Shown: piece after piece, positions 19,350-29,892 of the stretch
How positions within the stretch are numbered: position 1 is the first letter of the stretch
Layout of the letters: every line of letters begins with the position of its first letter
Virus record (IMG/VR): IMGVR_UViG_3300006076_000002
Coordinates: 1 to 64,000 of that record
DNA from: a virus
Strand: one strand, 5' to 3'
Length of the DNA stretch: 64,000 bases
Position numbers and translations under genes: made by a program
Notes under the pieces: generated by a model
The model's database searches: none
The model's input: the letters and a program-made list of their open reading frames with translations, nothing else
Told to the model about the DNA's origin: nothing

Positions 19350-20135
19350 ATGAGTTTTGCCATTGGACAAGAAGTGAACGAAGACATCATTACAAACAAA
19401 GAGGTATACGGAGACGTATCAGCTAAATACATAAACACATCAACTGAGGACGTCATTACAGAATTAAGCCAATACATGGACATTAAACCTGTAGGTTTTT
19501 CAGCTAGCCGTGTACGTAAGCTTGAAAAAGAGAACAAACAAAAGCATATGATTATGCTTGAACCTGAAGATGCACAAATGCCTGAGGGTACATTACGATT
19601 AGTTCTATTCAATTCTCTTGATCGTTCTACTAGTATTCGTATCTACTTAGGGTATTATCGTGACGCTTGTAGTAATGATTGAGTGTTTGGTGAAGACCTT
19701 ATGTCCCCAATCCGTATTAAACACACCTTTCAAGGTTGGAAAGAAACAATAGCTAAGGTAGCTACTGAGTATCAATCAGCTAAATACCGTGCTAACCAAA
19801 CCATTGAACAAATGATGAATACAGAGTTATCGTATGGTGACCAGGGGCGTTTAACAGAAACTATTGCAGATATCATCAATAAAGACATTACAGGTCGTAT
19901 TATCGATCCTATGCAATTAAATATAGCTCATCGTATAGAAGACGTAGGACGTGATAGCTGGCATACTTACCAACGTATCCAGTATAACGTAATGCAAGGC
20001 GGTATTGAACGAGCTATTAAAGTAGATGACGAACAAACAGTATCTAAAACACATAAAGTTACAGACCAACAAAAACAACTAAAATATAATTTAGAAATCT
20101 ACAATGCTTGTAAGTTAGCTATTAAATACAGATAA
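19350..20135 (+). CDS. DUF932/DUF945-like phage protein with an in-frame TGA at 19680-19682
   Basis: KHMI..., LVLFNSLDRS, GYYRDACSN, SW..YQRIQ pattern spans both contiguous in-frame ORFs. Confidence 0.65.
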
Positions 20136-20159
20136 TCTATAAAATAGCAAAGGAAAAAT

Positions 20160-21596
20160 ATGCAATCATTAACTAAGGAGCAATTAGCTCCTATTAATTA
20201 CTTAAAAGAGCATACTGGTGATGACGTTATAGTATTAGTTAACGCTGTAGCTGGCAGTGGTAAATCACATACAGCAACTAAAGCAGTAGAAGCTCTTAAA
20301 CCTAAGAAAGGTCTCTATACTGCATTCAATCGTAGTATTGTAGACGAAGCTAAAGAACTTTATGAAGGTACTAATATTGAATGCCGTACTTTACATTCTC
20401 TCGCATTATCTAAAATCAAACCTAAACTTAAAATTGATAAACTTACTTATGAATGCATACAAGAGGACATTACTTATTACTACAAATCTATTGTAATTAA
20501 AGCTATAGATGAATTTTATCGTTCTGCTTCATTGGAAATGGATGATTATATTGAAGATTATATTAAAAAAGAGCTATCAAATACTAATATCTCAAAAAAA
20601 GAAAAAGCAACCGTAGCTGCCAAATTAACTAAAATATGTACTAAATATATCGATCTTATGATACAAGATAAAGTAAATCCTACTTTTAACTATCTTCTTA
20701 AGTGGTTTCACTTTATGTTAGCTAATGAGGAAATATCTGTAGATTATGATTTAATCATATTTGATGAAATACAAGATTCTACTGCAGTAGCTTTGGAAAT
20801 CTTTAAGCTTATGAATGCTAACGGCAAGTTAGGCCTAGGCGATCAGAACCAATCAATCTATCATTTCATGAACTTAGTTAATGGCTTCGAGATACTAGAC
20901 AACACAGTTACTTTTTCCCTTACTCAAACATTCCGCTGTTCCACTACCATAGCTGAAGCAGTTGAAGAGTTCGGCAAGAAACACTTATCTGCTGATTTCC
21001 ATTTCAAGGGTGTAGAACATCCGGTATTAGACGGTAAGACAGCCTTCTTATCCGCTACTAATGCAGCTATTGTAGAGACTATTAATGATCTTCATCGTGA
21101 AGGTAAAGGATATGTACTAACTCGACCTGTCAAAGACATATTCGCAGCCCCTCTAGCAGTATTAACTGCAAGTACTGGTAAAGCAGTATTTCATAGAGAA
21201 TATAAGTTTCTTGAACGTGAATACAAGCATTTTGTTAAGTCTAGTTATAACTCATTTATGACCTACCTCACAGAAGAAGTTGATGATGAAGAAATACGTA
21301 ATACTGTCAAACTTTTACAAACATTTCGTCAAAAACGTATTAGTATCTGGGATGTACTAACAGAAGCTAAAAAAGCTAAACGTGATCCACGAGTATTAGT
21401 TTCTACAGCTCACTCTTGTAAAGGTTTAGGTTTCGAGACAGTACACATTAATGAGGACCTTAATAATGCAGTATCCAGAGTCATAAATAAAGGTGGACCT
21501 GAAAACGAAGAAGATAAAGTAATACTTAAGCTTTTTTATGTAGCTTGCACTCGCAGTAGGGCTAATTTATACAATGCTAGACACTTAAATCTATAG
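20160..21596 (+). CDS. SF1 UvrD/Rep-like DNA helicase
   Basis: AVAGSGKS, FDEIQD, GDQNQSIY, TFRC, TAHSCKGLG, YVACTR. Confidence 0.92.
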   Translation: MQSLTKEQLAPINYLKEHTGDDVIVLVNAVAGSGKSHTATKAVEALKPKKGLYTAFNRSIVDEAKELYEGTNIECRTLHSLALSKIKPKLKIDKLTYECIQEDITYYYKSIVIKAIDEFYRSASLEMDDYIEDYIKKELSNTNISKKEKATVAAKLTKICTKYIDLMIQDKVNPTFNYLLKWFHFMLANEEISVDYDLIIFDEIQDSTAVALEIFKLMNANGKLGLGDQNQSIYHFMNLVNGFEILDNTVTFSLTQTFRCSTTIAEAVEEFGKKHLSADFHFKGVEHPVLDGKTAFLSATNAAIVETINDLHREGKGYVLTRPVKDIFAAPLAVLTASTGKAVFHREYKFLEREYKHFVKSSYNSFMTYLTEEVDDEEIRNTVKLLQTFRQKRISIWDVLTEAKKAKRDPRVLVSTAHSCKGLGFETVHINEDLNNAVSRVINKGGPENEEDKVILKLFYVACTRSRANLYNARHLNL

Positions 21597-21607
21597 GAGT
21601 TTAATTT

Positions 21608-21877
21608 ATGCTATATTATATTTATTGTATAAATAAAGATGGTTTTAAAACTTTTTACCTAGGAAATGACAATCCTTCTATTAAAGAATGGCGTAGTACT
21701 CCTGTACTTAAACAACCTACATTTATAAATGTATTTAAAGCTAAACATTTAATAGATGGGTTAAAGAAGATGGACATTGAAAATTCAGAAAATAACATAT
21801 ATACATACTCAATATTACCTGTTTTAACGTTTACAAGAAATAATAATGCAAAAATTTGTACTAAAACTAATAAATAA
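21608..21877 (+). CDS. small NIFEAK-family protein
   Basis: FINVFKAKHLI. Confidence 0.6.
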   Translation: MLYYIYCINKDGFKTFYLGNDNPSIKEWRSTPVLKQPTFINVFKAKHLIDGLKKMDIENSENNIYTYSILPVLTFTRNNNAKICTKTNK

Positions 21878-22097
21878 ACAGGGTAAGGAAGTAGACCATT
21901 ATCTAGTATACGCAACTATCATCAATAATCGTATAGTTACAGGTAATAGTATATCTTGGGATAACGATATTGCACAAGCTACTAGATTTACTGACCTATT
22001 CAAGTTAAAAAGAATAAAAGATAAACTTGTAGCAGAAGATAAAGACTATGATATAGATAGTCAATGGGATTATGAAGTAATAACTGTAAAAGATTAA
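21846..22097 (+). CDS. small protein, divergent NIFEAK-family member
   Basis: W..DIAQATRFTDLFKLK...YEVI. Confidence 0.5.
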   Translation: MQKFVLKLINKQGKEVDHYLVYATIINNRIVTGNSISWDNDIAQATRFTDLFKLKRIKDKLVAEDKDYDIDSQWDYEVITVKD

Positions 22098-22146
22098 GCT
22101 TTTATTAGTTATACTTCTACCCCACAAATTTAATTTAAGGATACAT

Positions 22147-24354
22147 ATGACAACATTAGAAATTACTAAAAACTATTTAGAACAACGAGGAGCATTTACT
22201 CCTACTATTCACGAAGTAGTTAACGTAACGTCACAAACAATTGGAGGAGACATACCTGAACACCTCAAGCTATCTATTACTCTATCCGAATTAATTACTC
22301 TTACTTCTCATTTACGTAAGAACATCCAACTTTCTGATGGCACTATAGTTCCTTGTAATGCTATTTCTATTGCATTGGCAGCTAGTGGTGTAAGCAAAGA
22401 TTCATCTATGAATAAAGTACGTAGAGCTCTTCAACCCGCCTATGAAGTCATAGCCCAACGACGCAAACAACTAGCTCGTCAAGCCGCAGAACAAGCAGCT
22501 CTCGACGATGGTCAATCTTCTGAGGAGTGGCTTAACTACTACGAAGCACCACCAGCTTTACAAGTAGGACTAGGAACCCCAGAGGGTTTGGTAAAAAATT
22601 TTGCAATGCTAGAAGAAAGCCCACTTGGAGCAGCATCTATTAACTCTTCTGAAGTAGGTTCTGAGATGCAAACTAATCAGTCTTTCCTAGACATAGTAAA
22701 GACTATTTCAATTGGTTACGACTTAGGAAAAGTACCAATCAAGGTAGTTAAAGCAGCAGAAAATCGTGTAGGTGCTATTGAACACTTACCAATAAACGCT
22801 CTAATGTTTGGCTCTGAGGATGCAATCCTATACGATAACTTTATCAAAGCTAAGTTTCGTTTAATGTTTAATACCCAGTTAGCACGTCGTTCATTGTTTA
22901 GCTTCTCAAAACAACGTCCAGTACCTCGTGTATACAAATCAGAGAAAGAACTTCTTAGATACCACGAATTACAACGTACAAATAGCAAAACAGCTAGATC
23001 CAATATTGAGAACTATTTAGTGGATATGGTAGAATTTACTACTACTACTCCATTGACTTTATCCAAAGAAGCTCAAGCAGCATTTGATATGTACCTTGAA
23101 TACAATGATAACTTATCCCATGATATTAGTCCTCAATTACCTATCACTAAACTATCTCGTAAACATAAGCAGTGGTTAGCTCTTAAGCTATCAGGTAATT
23201 ATGCAATTCTTGATGGTGAGCAGGAAATCAGCGAAGAGAATTATATCTTAGCCATCAACACGGTAGAAGAACTTGCTCCAGATTTAGAAACATTTGAAAA
23301 AGAACTTAATAAGGAATTATATGAACAATTTGTGGATTACTGTAGATTACATATTGGTAGCGACGATAAGCTTAGCCTTTCTATACATGAACTTAAGAAA
23401 CTAGGTTATCTGCCTGCAACTAATAATTACCAAGCTAAATTAGATGAACTATTAACACTTACTTCCTCTTATGATGCTGAAGGTATCTATACGCGTTGTG
23501 ATGATGGTGTATGTTATGAACCAATTATCAAAGACTCTGAATGTGGTTTATCACTACTATCATTTACTAAACATGAAGCAGAATCACCAGCCGAACTCAA
23601 ACAGCGTATGGCTAAATCTTGTAGTTCGGGTTACGAATTCTATGAAACCCCATTTGAGGCCTTAGCAGATGTACTATCACAATATGCAGCTTACTCTCCC
23701 TTCTTATTCAAGAATGGTAAACGCTCTAAGGATAATCTAGCTGGTAAAACTAAATGGATAGTACTTGATATTGATAATTCTAATATTACTTATGAAGAAT
23801 GTCATCTATTATTATCAGATTATAACCATCATATAGCAACTACTAGTGATGCATCTAATGAATTTAAATTCCGTGTATTACTTGAACTAGATAGCTTAGT
23901 AGATATACCAGCAGAGAATTGGAAGTATTTCATTGAATCTATAGCTAACGCTCTAGGATTGAACGCAGATTTACTCCCAAAAAGTCAAATATACTTTTCA
24001 TATGCTTCAGATAATATACTATCAGTTACAGATGCAGAACCTATTGAAGCTAAACAACATGTAATTAATGCATCTAATCATACTAAACCTGAGCAACCTG
24101 CCACTTTATCTGCTAAAGCTAAAACAGCAGCATTAAAAGACCCTAGAGAAACATTTGCATATGCTTATGAATGTACCGATAATGGTTCAGTTAATCTGTA
24201 TAAAGCAGCTAAGCATGCACACGATCTGGGAGCTAGTAAAGAAGAGATTATAAATCTAGTGTGGGATATTAACTCATATTGGACGGTAAGTATGGATCCT
24301 GAGAGAATACAACAAACAATCATCTCTCAAGTTTCACGTTGGCAATACAAGTAA
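22147..24354 (+). CDS. phage primase (N-terminal DUF3987-like NTPase region, C-terminal primase-polymerase-like domain)
   Basis: AASGVSKD; WIVLDIDN, HHIATTS, KFRVLL; size similar to N4-like primases. Confidence 0.7.
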   Translation: MTTLEITKNYLEQRGAFTPTIHEVVNVTSQTIGGDIPEHLKLSITLSELITLTSHLRKNIQLSDGTIVPCNAISIALAASGVSKDSSMNKVRRALQPAYEVIAQRRKQLARQAAEQAALDDGQSSEEWLNYYEAPPALQVGLGTPEGLVKNFAMLEESPLGAASINSSEVGSEMQTNQSFLDIVKTISIGYDLGKVPIKVVKAAENRVGAIEHLPINALMFGSEDAILYDNFIKAKFRLMFNTQLARRSLFSFSKQRPVPRVYKSEKELLRYHELQRTNSKTARSNIENYLVDMVEFTTTTPLTLSKEAQAAFDMYLEYNDNLSHDISPQLPITKLSRKHKQWLALKLSGNYAILDGEQEISEENYILAINTVEELAPDLETFEKELNKELYEQFVDYCRLHIGSDDKLSLSIHELKKLGYLPATNNYQAKLDELLTLTSSYDAEGIYTRCDDGVCYEPIIKDSECGLSLLSFTKHEAESPAELKQRMAKSCSSGYEFYETPFEALADVLSQYAAYSPFLFKNGKRSKDNLAGKTKWIVLDIDNSNITYEECHLLLSDYNHHIATTSDASNEFKFRVLLELDSLVDIPAENWKYFIESIANALGLNADLLPKSQIYFSYASDNILSVTDAEPIEAKQHVINASNHTKPEQPATLSAKAKTAALKDPRETFAYAYECTDNGSVNLYKAAKHAHDLGASKEEIINLVWDINSYWTVSMDPERIQQTIISQVSRWQYK

Positions 24355-24525
24355 GGGAGACTAAATGAAAATAGCTCTTATAATAATAATGACAATGGTA
24401 GCTTATATTTTTGCAGGATTAGCAGGACATTATATCGCACTAGGCGATTATAGTGCAGCTGCAATTGATACTGTAACAGTAATTATAGAGTTGATTTTAA
24501 TATCTAATACCTTAAAGGAGTACTA

Positions 24526-24744
24526 ATGACTAATGAAGAAGAACACACCTTAGCTATGAGTCTTGTGTATGCTTTAGGTGCTAAACGTAAAGTAATAGAA
24601 TTTAAAGATATGTTAACTGATGAAGACATAGTTGAAATAGTAAATGCATTAGTTACCTTCGAAAACTCACATAAAATAGCTAAAGGTTTCAAAGATTCTC
24701 AAGTAGCTTATGCTTTAATGCAAGAACTACAAGCTCAACAATAA
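24526..24744 (+). CDS. hypothetical protein
   Basis: AAGGAG RBS, TAATG coupling. Confidence 0.6.
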   Translation: MTNEEEHTLAMSLVYALGAKRKVIEFKDMLTDEDIVEIVNALVTFENSHKIAKGFKDSQVAYALMQELQAQQ

Positions 24745-25130
24745 CGCTTTAGGTGACGAAATGTAATATGTGTAGACTGCACATGAGTTATAAACAACCG
24801 TATCAGACTTACTGTTTTTCAAAACCATCAGTAATGTAACTGGGGCACCTAATTTTATAGTTATCATAGAATCTCCGAGCATTGACACTACGCTTCTAAT
24901 TAGTGTCTTTTATATATATATATATGTATAAAACTAATTAAAAAAGTAAAAGGAACCTAAAATGAGAATAAAAAATTATGATATATTTTTTGGTGCAATA
25001 GATGGGATTATATCTAAAGGTACAAATAAAGCTATTACTACTTATGTAGGTAAAGTAGAAGCTACAGAATATGTTGTTTATATCTTGTTTTTTATACGTA
25101 TTTTAAAACGTAAATAAGGAAGAATATTTA

Positions 25131-25574
25131 ATGAACTGGATATATAATGATAAAGAAATCACATCTATAGATCAACTACCAGCTAATGCATATGGTTTCA
25201 TATACATGCTAGTTTACGATACAAATAAGGCTTATATAGGCAAGAAAAACCTTTACTCATATCAAACCTTACCTGCACTGAAGAACGGCAAGCAGAGGCC
25301 TAATTCTGAACGTATAGGTAAGAACAGAAATGGTAAACGAGTGTATTTTGATAAAGTACGTAAAGAAAGTGGATGGAAATCTTATAAAGGTTCATCCAAG
25401 GAAATCCCCGATGAAGTTAAAATAGTAGAAAAGCACATTCTAGCTATAGCCTATGACCGTAGAGAACTTACATACTTAGAGACTAAACATTTATTCTGCT
25501 ACGAAACTATAGAATCATCCGATTTCTATAATAGGAATATACTGAATAAATTTTTTAAAGAAAAAGGATTATGA
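25131..25574 (+). CDS. GIY-YIG (Seg-like) endonuclease-family protein
   Basis: YGFIY...AYIGKK, W.SY.GSS, FYN.NI. Confidence 0.75.
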   Translation: MNWIYNDKEITSIDQLPANAYGFIYMLVYDTNKAYIGKKNLYSYQTLPALKNGKQRPNSERIGKNRNGKRVYFDKVRKESGWKSYKGSSKEIPDEVKIVEKHILAIAYDRRELTYLETKHLFCYETIESSDFYNRNILNKFFKEKGL

Positions 25575-25653
25575 AAAAATCAATACGAAATATGGGTTTA
25601 ATTTTACAGTTGAGTCTATTCAAAGCAATACAATTTATGAGAAGGATCGCTAA

Positions 25654-26331
25654 ATGAAAAACATGATGATGAACGCTGAAGCAGCAAAAGCTATTATTGA
25701 TGATCGCAAAATTCAAACGAGAAGAGCTGTCAAAGCATCAGATGCTGGAACAATAAAAGATGTAAAAAATGGATATGTGTATGTTGATGTAAATTATAAA
25801 GTGTTTGTGGACAACTACAAAATACCTATCAATAGTTTTGTTGAAAAAATTTCAAAATATCAAGTAGGAGATATTGTTTGGGTAAGAGAGCCTGTTGAAA
25901 TAGTAGAATTTATTGATACCGATGCTTACTTAGAGTTGTCTTTTAAATATATTGCAGACAGTACAATCGATTCAATCAACAGTGATACTACAGAAGAGCG
26001 CAATCTTATTGATTTTTACGAAGAAAAACTACATGGAAAAAATTGGGTAAAGGTAGGTAATAGAGTTACAAGCGGTTGTTTGAAGGAGATGGCTCGTATC
26101 TTTTTGAAGATTACTGATGTTAGGGTTGAGAGGTTGCAGGATATATCAACTAGCGAGATTGAAAAAGACGCAGGTGTTGTTAAAGATAAATACAAGGTTT
26201 GCCCTAGCTGGGCAGATAGTATGGTTATTGATTTTAGTATATTATGGGACAAAACCTCACCAAAAGGCTATAAATGGGAAGATAATCCTTATGTGTTTGT
26301 ATATGAGTTTGAAAGAACTGAAAATGGATAA
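25654..26331 (+). CDS. ASCH/PUA-like phage protein
   Basis: AIIDDRKIQTRR, GD.VWVRE, LKITDVRVERLQDIS, W..NPYVFVYEF. Confidence 0.75.
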   Translation: MKNMMMNAEAAKAIIDDRKIQTRRAVKASDAGTIKDVKNGYVYVDVNYKVFVDNYKIPINSFVEKISKYQVGDIVWVREPVEIVEFIDTDAYLELSFKYIADSTIDSINSDTTEERNLIDFYEEKLHGKNWVKVGNRVTSGCLKEMARIFLKITDVRVERLQDISTSEIEKDAGVVKDKYKVCPSWADSMVIDFSILWDKTSPKGYKWEDNPYVFVYEFERTENG

Positions 26332-26584
26332 TGAAGCAACTGGAGAATACTTAGAAAGGCTAGACAATAGCTCTCTTTGTCCCGTTTGTAAAGAAGAGTT
26401 AAATGATGATGACGGAGTATTTTTTGACAAAATGGCAGATATTAAAAAATGTCCATATTGCCACACGACAATTGAGTATGTTAAACAGTTAAAAGAAGAT
26501 ACGGGAAATCCCTATTGTAATTATGTATGGGATAAAACTTATATAAAATGGGAAAAGAAAGAAACGATTATAACAAATGCATAA
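26324..26584 (+). CDS. zinc-ribbon protein
   Basis: Real start probably ATG 26324 (MDNEAT...); CPVC...CPYC. Confidence 0.55.
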   Translation: MDNEATGEYLERLDNSSLCPVCKEELNDDDGVFFDKMADIKKCPYCHTTIEYVKQLKEDTGNPYCNYVWDKTYIKWEKKETIITNA

Positions 26585-26801
26585 GGAGTATAATATGAAA
26601 GATTGGGCAGTAGTAGTAATAGCGTCTGCAATACTACTTACTCTTATAATGGGGGCAGTTATTGAGAACGCTAATAAAACACAAATGGCAAAAAATGGAT
26701 TAGAGGAATGTTTAGCTAACCCTAATTCATGGAGTAGCCGAACTATATGGGTAAAATCATGTAAAGAGTATATGAACACAATGAGAAACAATAATGAATA
26801 G
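26577..26801 (+). CDS. small membrane-anchored protein
   Basis: TM helix, two Cys. Confidence 0.55.
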   Translation: MHKEYNMKDWAVVVIASAILLTLIMGAVIENANKTQMAKNGLEECLANPNSWSSRTIWVKSCKEYMNTMRNNNE

Positions 26802-26988
26802 CTTAATTACTAAAAATATAGTTAAAAAGAAATCTGATAATACAACTATTACAGCCAAAGTTACTGAAGAATTCAAACACAAATGGGATAAGTGGGTATT
26901 TGATAATAATATAAATAAAGCTAAAACACTACAAGCAGTACTGACAAACTTAATGGAGAACTATGATGAAATCAATCAAAATAGGTGA
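26794..26988 (+). CDS. possible ribbon-helix-helix protein
   Basis: TTITAKVTEEFK..W strand-helix-helix pattern. Confidence 0.4.
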   Translation: MNSLITKNIVKKKSDNTTITAKVTEEFKHKWDKWVFDNNINKAKTLQAVLTNLMENYDEINQNR

Positions 26989-27241
26989 TACAGTATACTA
27001 TAGAAATGACTTTAATGACATAACTAAAGGTAAGGTACTACAACTGTTAACAAATCATGACCATACAGGAAAACCTTACACAGTAGCCTTAGTTAAAACT
27101 ACTAGCGATAAAATTATTTGGCATCACGTTATTGAAATAAATTATTTAACAACTGATAATACAAAATACAATAAAGAACAAGAACGTATTAAAATTAAAG
27201 AACAAATAGAACAATTACAAGAAAGGTTAAGAACATTATGA
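26963..27241 (+). CDS. hypothetical protein
   Basis: IKIGDTVYY SH3-like start, coiled C-terminus. Confidence 0.55.
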   Translation: MMKSIKIGDTVYYRNDFNDITKGKVLQLLTNHDHTGKPYTVALVKTTSDKIIWHHVIEINYLTTDNTKYNKEQERIKIKEQIEQLQERLRTL

Positions 27242-27669
27242 ATACCGATTTAACTATCACACTAACAGGTAAAGCAGCACGAGATTATGTAAACCAAGAA
27301 GGTAGATATAATATCCTGGTCAATAAGTATGAGGAAGCATTACAGACAATTGAAAAGTTATCTAAGCATAAACCGACTGCTGAAGAACTTAATAATAAAT
27401 ATAACCAAACTATAGTATATGAAGAAACAGAAGAACCTGCACCTATAATCGAACCTAATCCTGTAGAGTTTCCTGCTACTAAACCTAAAACTAAGTCGGG
27501 TTCACACTGGACAGAGGATGAATTAAAGCCTATTAAACACGCTTTAAAATTAAACCATACTCTTGCATCTCTTAAAGTTAAGCTATCTAATCGCAGTGAA
27601 GCAGCTATTAGAACTAAGTTGATTGAGTACGGTGTAGGTGTAAAAAATAATAAATTATATAAACGATAA
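27238..27669 (+). CDS. protein with C-terminal Myb/SANT-like HTH
   Basis: WTEDE...L.NRSEAAIRTK. Confidence 0.55.
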   Translation: MNTDLTITLTGKAARDYVNQEGRYNILVNKYEEALQTIEKLSKHKPTAEELNNKYNQTIVYEETEEPAPIIEPNPVEFPATKPKTKSGSHWTEDELKPIKHALKLNHTLASLKVKLSNRSEAAIRTKLIEYGVGVKNNKLYKR

Positions 27670-27677
27670 GGATAACT

Positions 27678-27890
27678 ATGACTATTTTCAGAGTAGCTTA
27701 TAAACCTGTTATCAATGATAGGGTAATACAACATTTAATAGAAACATATGACCCTGCTATGATTGAATATGATGATAACGGAGTACAGTTTAGTATTGAC
27801 GATGTAATTGAATCTTATCAAGATTTAGGTATTGAAGACAGTATATTAAATGAATTACGTAAAGAAAAAATTGACTATGTGGAGTTTTAA
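27678..27890 (+). CDS. hypothetical protein
   Basis: ORF with RBS. Confidence 0.55.
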   Translation: MTIFRVAYKPVINDRVIQHLIETYDPAMIEYDDNGVQFSIDDVIESYQDLGIEDSILNELRKEKIDYVEF

Positions 27891-27892
27891 TT

Positions 27893-28501
27893 ATGCAACC
27901 TTGTAAATCTGATTATGATTATGAACAATTAGTTACTAACTATATTGAATATAACATCAATAGTAATATCGAATACAATAATGGTGAACCTTTACCAGAT
28001 AAGTTTACATCTACTGCTCAAAGAAGACTTAGTTTTGATGGGCCTTATCTAATTAGTTATAACACTAGAGTAGCTAAATTTGTACATACCAAAAGAGCTA
28101 CGTACTTATTAATAGATATAAATAGTTATTCTAATACAACTACTAAACAACTACGTACACTACAACAAATAGTACTTAATGGTATATATACAGTAACAAA
28201 AGGTGTAATAATTATAGAAACAACGGATATAGACAATTCTTTTAATGCTGTAAAAGATTACTATTTTGAACGTATTACAGATACCTATAAGTACTGTAAA
28301 AAAGCACGTGTAAGTAGACCTCTACAAGCTGCTCTAGAAGCGTATAAGTCCTTTATCCAATCAATTCTACCAGAATTGCATTATAAGACCAGAGAGGCTA
28401 CTCTACGTAAGCTACAAGAGCTACCTAATATACCAGATAAGTTAGATAAGTTTACTAGACCTATTTTGTTATCAGTACTTGAAAGTAAAGGGTTAATTTA
28501 A
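27893..28501 (+). CDS. phage hypothetical protein
   Basis: LISYNTRVA...YSNTTTKQ motif. Confidence 0.65.
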   Translation: MQPCKSDYDYEQLVTNYIEYNINSNIEYNNGEPLPDKFTSTAQRRLSFDGPYLISYNTRVAKFVHTKRATYLLIDINSYSNTTTKQLRTLQQIVLNGIYTVTKGVIIIETTDIDNSFNAVKDYYFERITDTYKYCKKARVSRPLQAALEAYKSFIQSILPELHYKTREATLRKLQELPNIPDKLDKFTRPILLSVLESKGLI

Positions 28502-28973
28502 CCCGGTGTGAAAACTAAGCTGGTCAACATACTACACTACAGAAAGCCTCACCACCTGGCCGAGATACTTCGTATCAATTCGGCTGGCGGTGCTTCGTTT
28601 TCTTTGTGTATTTCTTGCTTTACTCTCCTCTTATTTTTTCTTGAGTGCAGATAAGATACGGTGCGATTTATCGCAAGGAGTAGCTTATTTGAACGAAAGT
28701 AGACAAACCGAAGGTTTGGATATAGTTATAGCCTAGCGCAGCCTTTAGTTATTTCTTTTCTTACTTATGTCGTTTCTATTAATTATATATGTATATATGA
28801 TAACCTATAAAATTAGTGGAAACTACCTAAACTTAGTGTTTTCTAGTAATTAAACCTAGTTAAATATACTGAAATATACAGAAGAAATAGTTAAATTTAA
28901 GGAAGAATACGGTATAATTACTTATATTTAATAGCTCCAACTATTAAGTATAATAACCGTATAAAGGAAAGTC
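28502..28973. other. hairpin-rich then AT-rich non-coding region (origin-like) with sigma70 promoter
   Basis: Several hairpins (GATAC-TTC-GTATC, CAAACC-GAA-GGTTTG), AT tract, TTTAAG...GGTATAAT near 28896-28918. Confidence 0.45.
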
Positions 28974-29429
28974 ATGAGTAATTATACACAAAATTACCTT
29001 AAAGTAGTAACTAAAGGTTACAAACCAAATAACAGTTACCCAATAGATGGTATTAAACCAATAAAGTATGTTAGAGGAGAATACATGTTATCACAAGAAT
29101 TTAAACGAAATATAATAAAAACTTTAGGAGCAGATGCTTATATTTTATACGAGTATTTTTATGATACTACTAGAGCCAATGGTAGAATGATACCCACTGA
29201 TGATGAAGGCATAGGTAATACATTTGGATGGTCAAAATCTAAAGTGACTAGGTTAAAGAGTCAGCTAAAAAAAGCTAACTATTTGCTTATTATAAAAGAG
29301 TCAACTACCAAAGGCACAATATTGTATAAAGTCTTATTAAATCCTAGTATTATAACACAATATAAAAATACTGGAGAACTACCTGATGAAATAGAAGTAA
29401 TAGGCAAGGAAGAACGTGGAACCAACTAA
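28974..29429 (+). CDS. winged-helix DNA-binding / replication-initiator-like protein (paralog 2)
   Basis: AYILYEY, IGNTFGWSKSKVTRLKSQLKKANYL. Confidence 0.7.
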   Translation: MSNYTQNYLKVVTKGYKPNNSYPIDGIKPIKYVRGEYMLSQEFKRNIIKTLGADAYILYEYFYDTTRANGRMIPTDDEGIGNTFGWSKSKVTRLKSQLKKANYLLIIKESTTKGTILYKVLLNPSIITQYKNTGELPDEIEVIGKEERGTN

Positions 29430-29445
29430 CAACGAAGGATAACTG

Positions 29446-29892
29446 ATGAATACGTCAAGCAGAATAAACAAAGTAATATACGAGCTAGTGTCATACTATA
29501 TAGATAATCAACTACCTTTCAATATTATCGCACTAGATAAGGAAGATAGTTTTGATTTACCAAAAGAAGTGTACTACGATAATAGCAACGCAGTATCTAT
29601 AGATATACTAGAATGGAATCTAGAGACTGCTGAGTATGACGATAAACATTTATATGTAACATATGTATATAACAATGAGGAAATACCTCTAACTATACCG
29701 CTAGTAAACATAAACACTATTATGGATATGACACATAGAAGTATAGTATTTGTAAACATATTTGAAACAAATATAGATGATGTAATAGTTACTGATACAA
29801 ATCTAAAAGTAGAAAAATATGTAAAAACACATGAAAAAGAGATAGCTCATTCAATGAGTTGTTTATCTCTATGCAACAGTAAGGACGTATAA
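29446..29892 (+). CDS. hypothetical protein, possibly SspB-like fold
   Basis: Recalled resemblance to a conserved epsilon-proteobacterial protein (LP.E...ETA..DD..L....IPL..I..I...FVN); unverified. Confidence 0.35.
   Translation: MNTSSRINKVIYELVSYYIDNQLPFNIIALDKEDSFDLPKEVYYDNSNAVSIDILEWNLETAEYDDKHLYVTYVYNNEEIPLTIPLVNINTIMDMTHRSIVFVNIFETNIDDVIVTDTNLKVEKYVKTHEKEIAHSMSCLSLCNSKDV

Noticed and set aside
26117-26323. N-terminal part of the 155-aa ORF
   Set aside because: Out-of-frame overlap with the ASCH-like gene; the real start is probably 26324.
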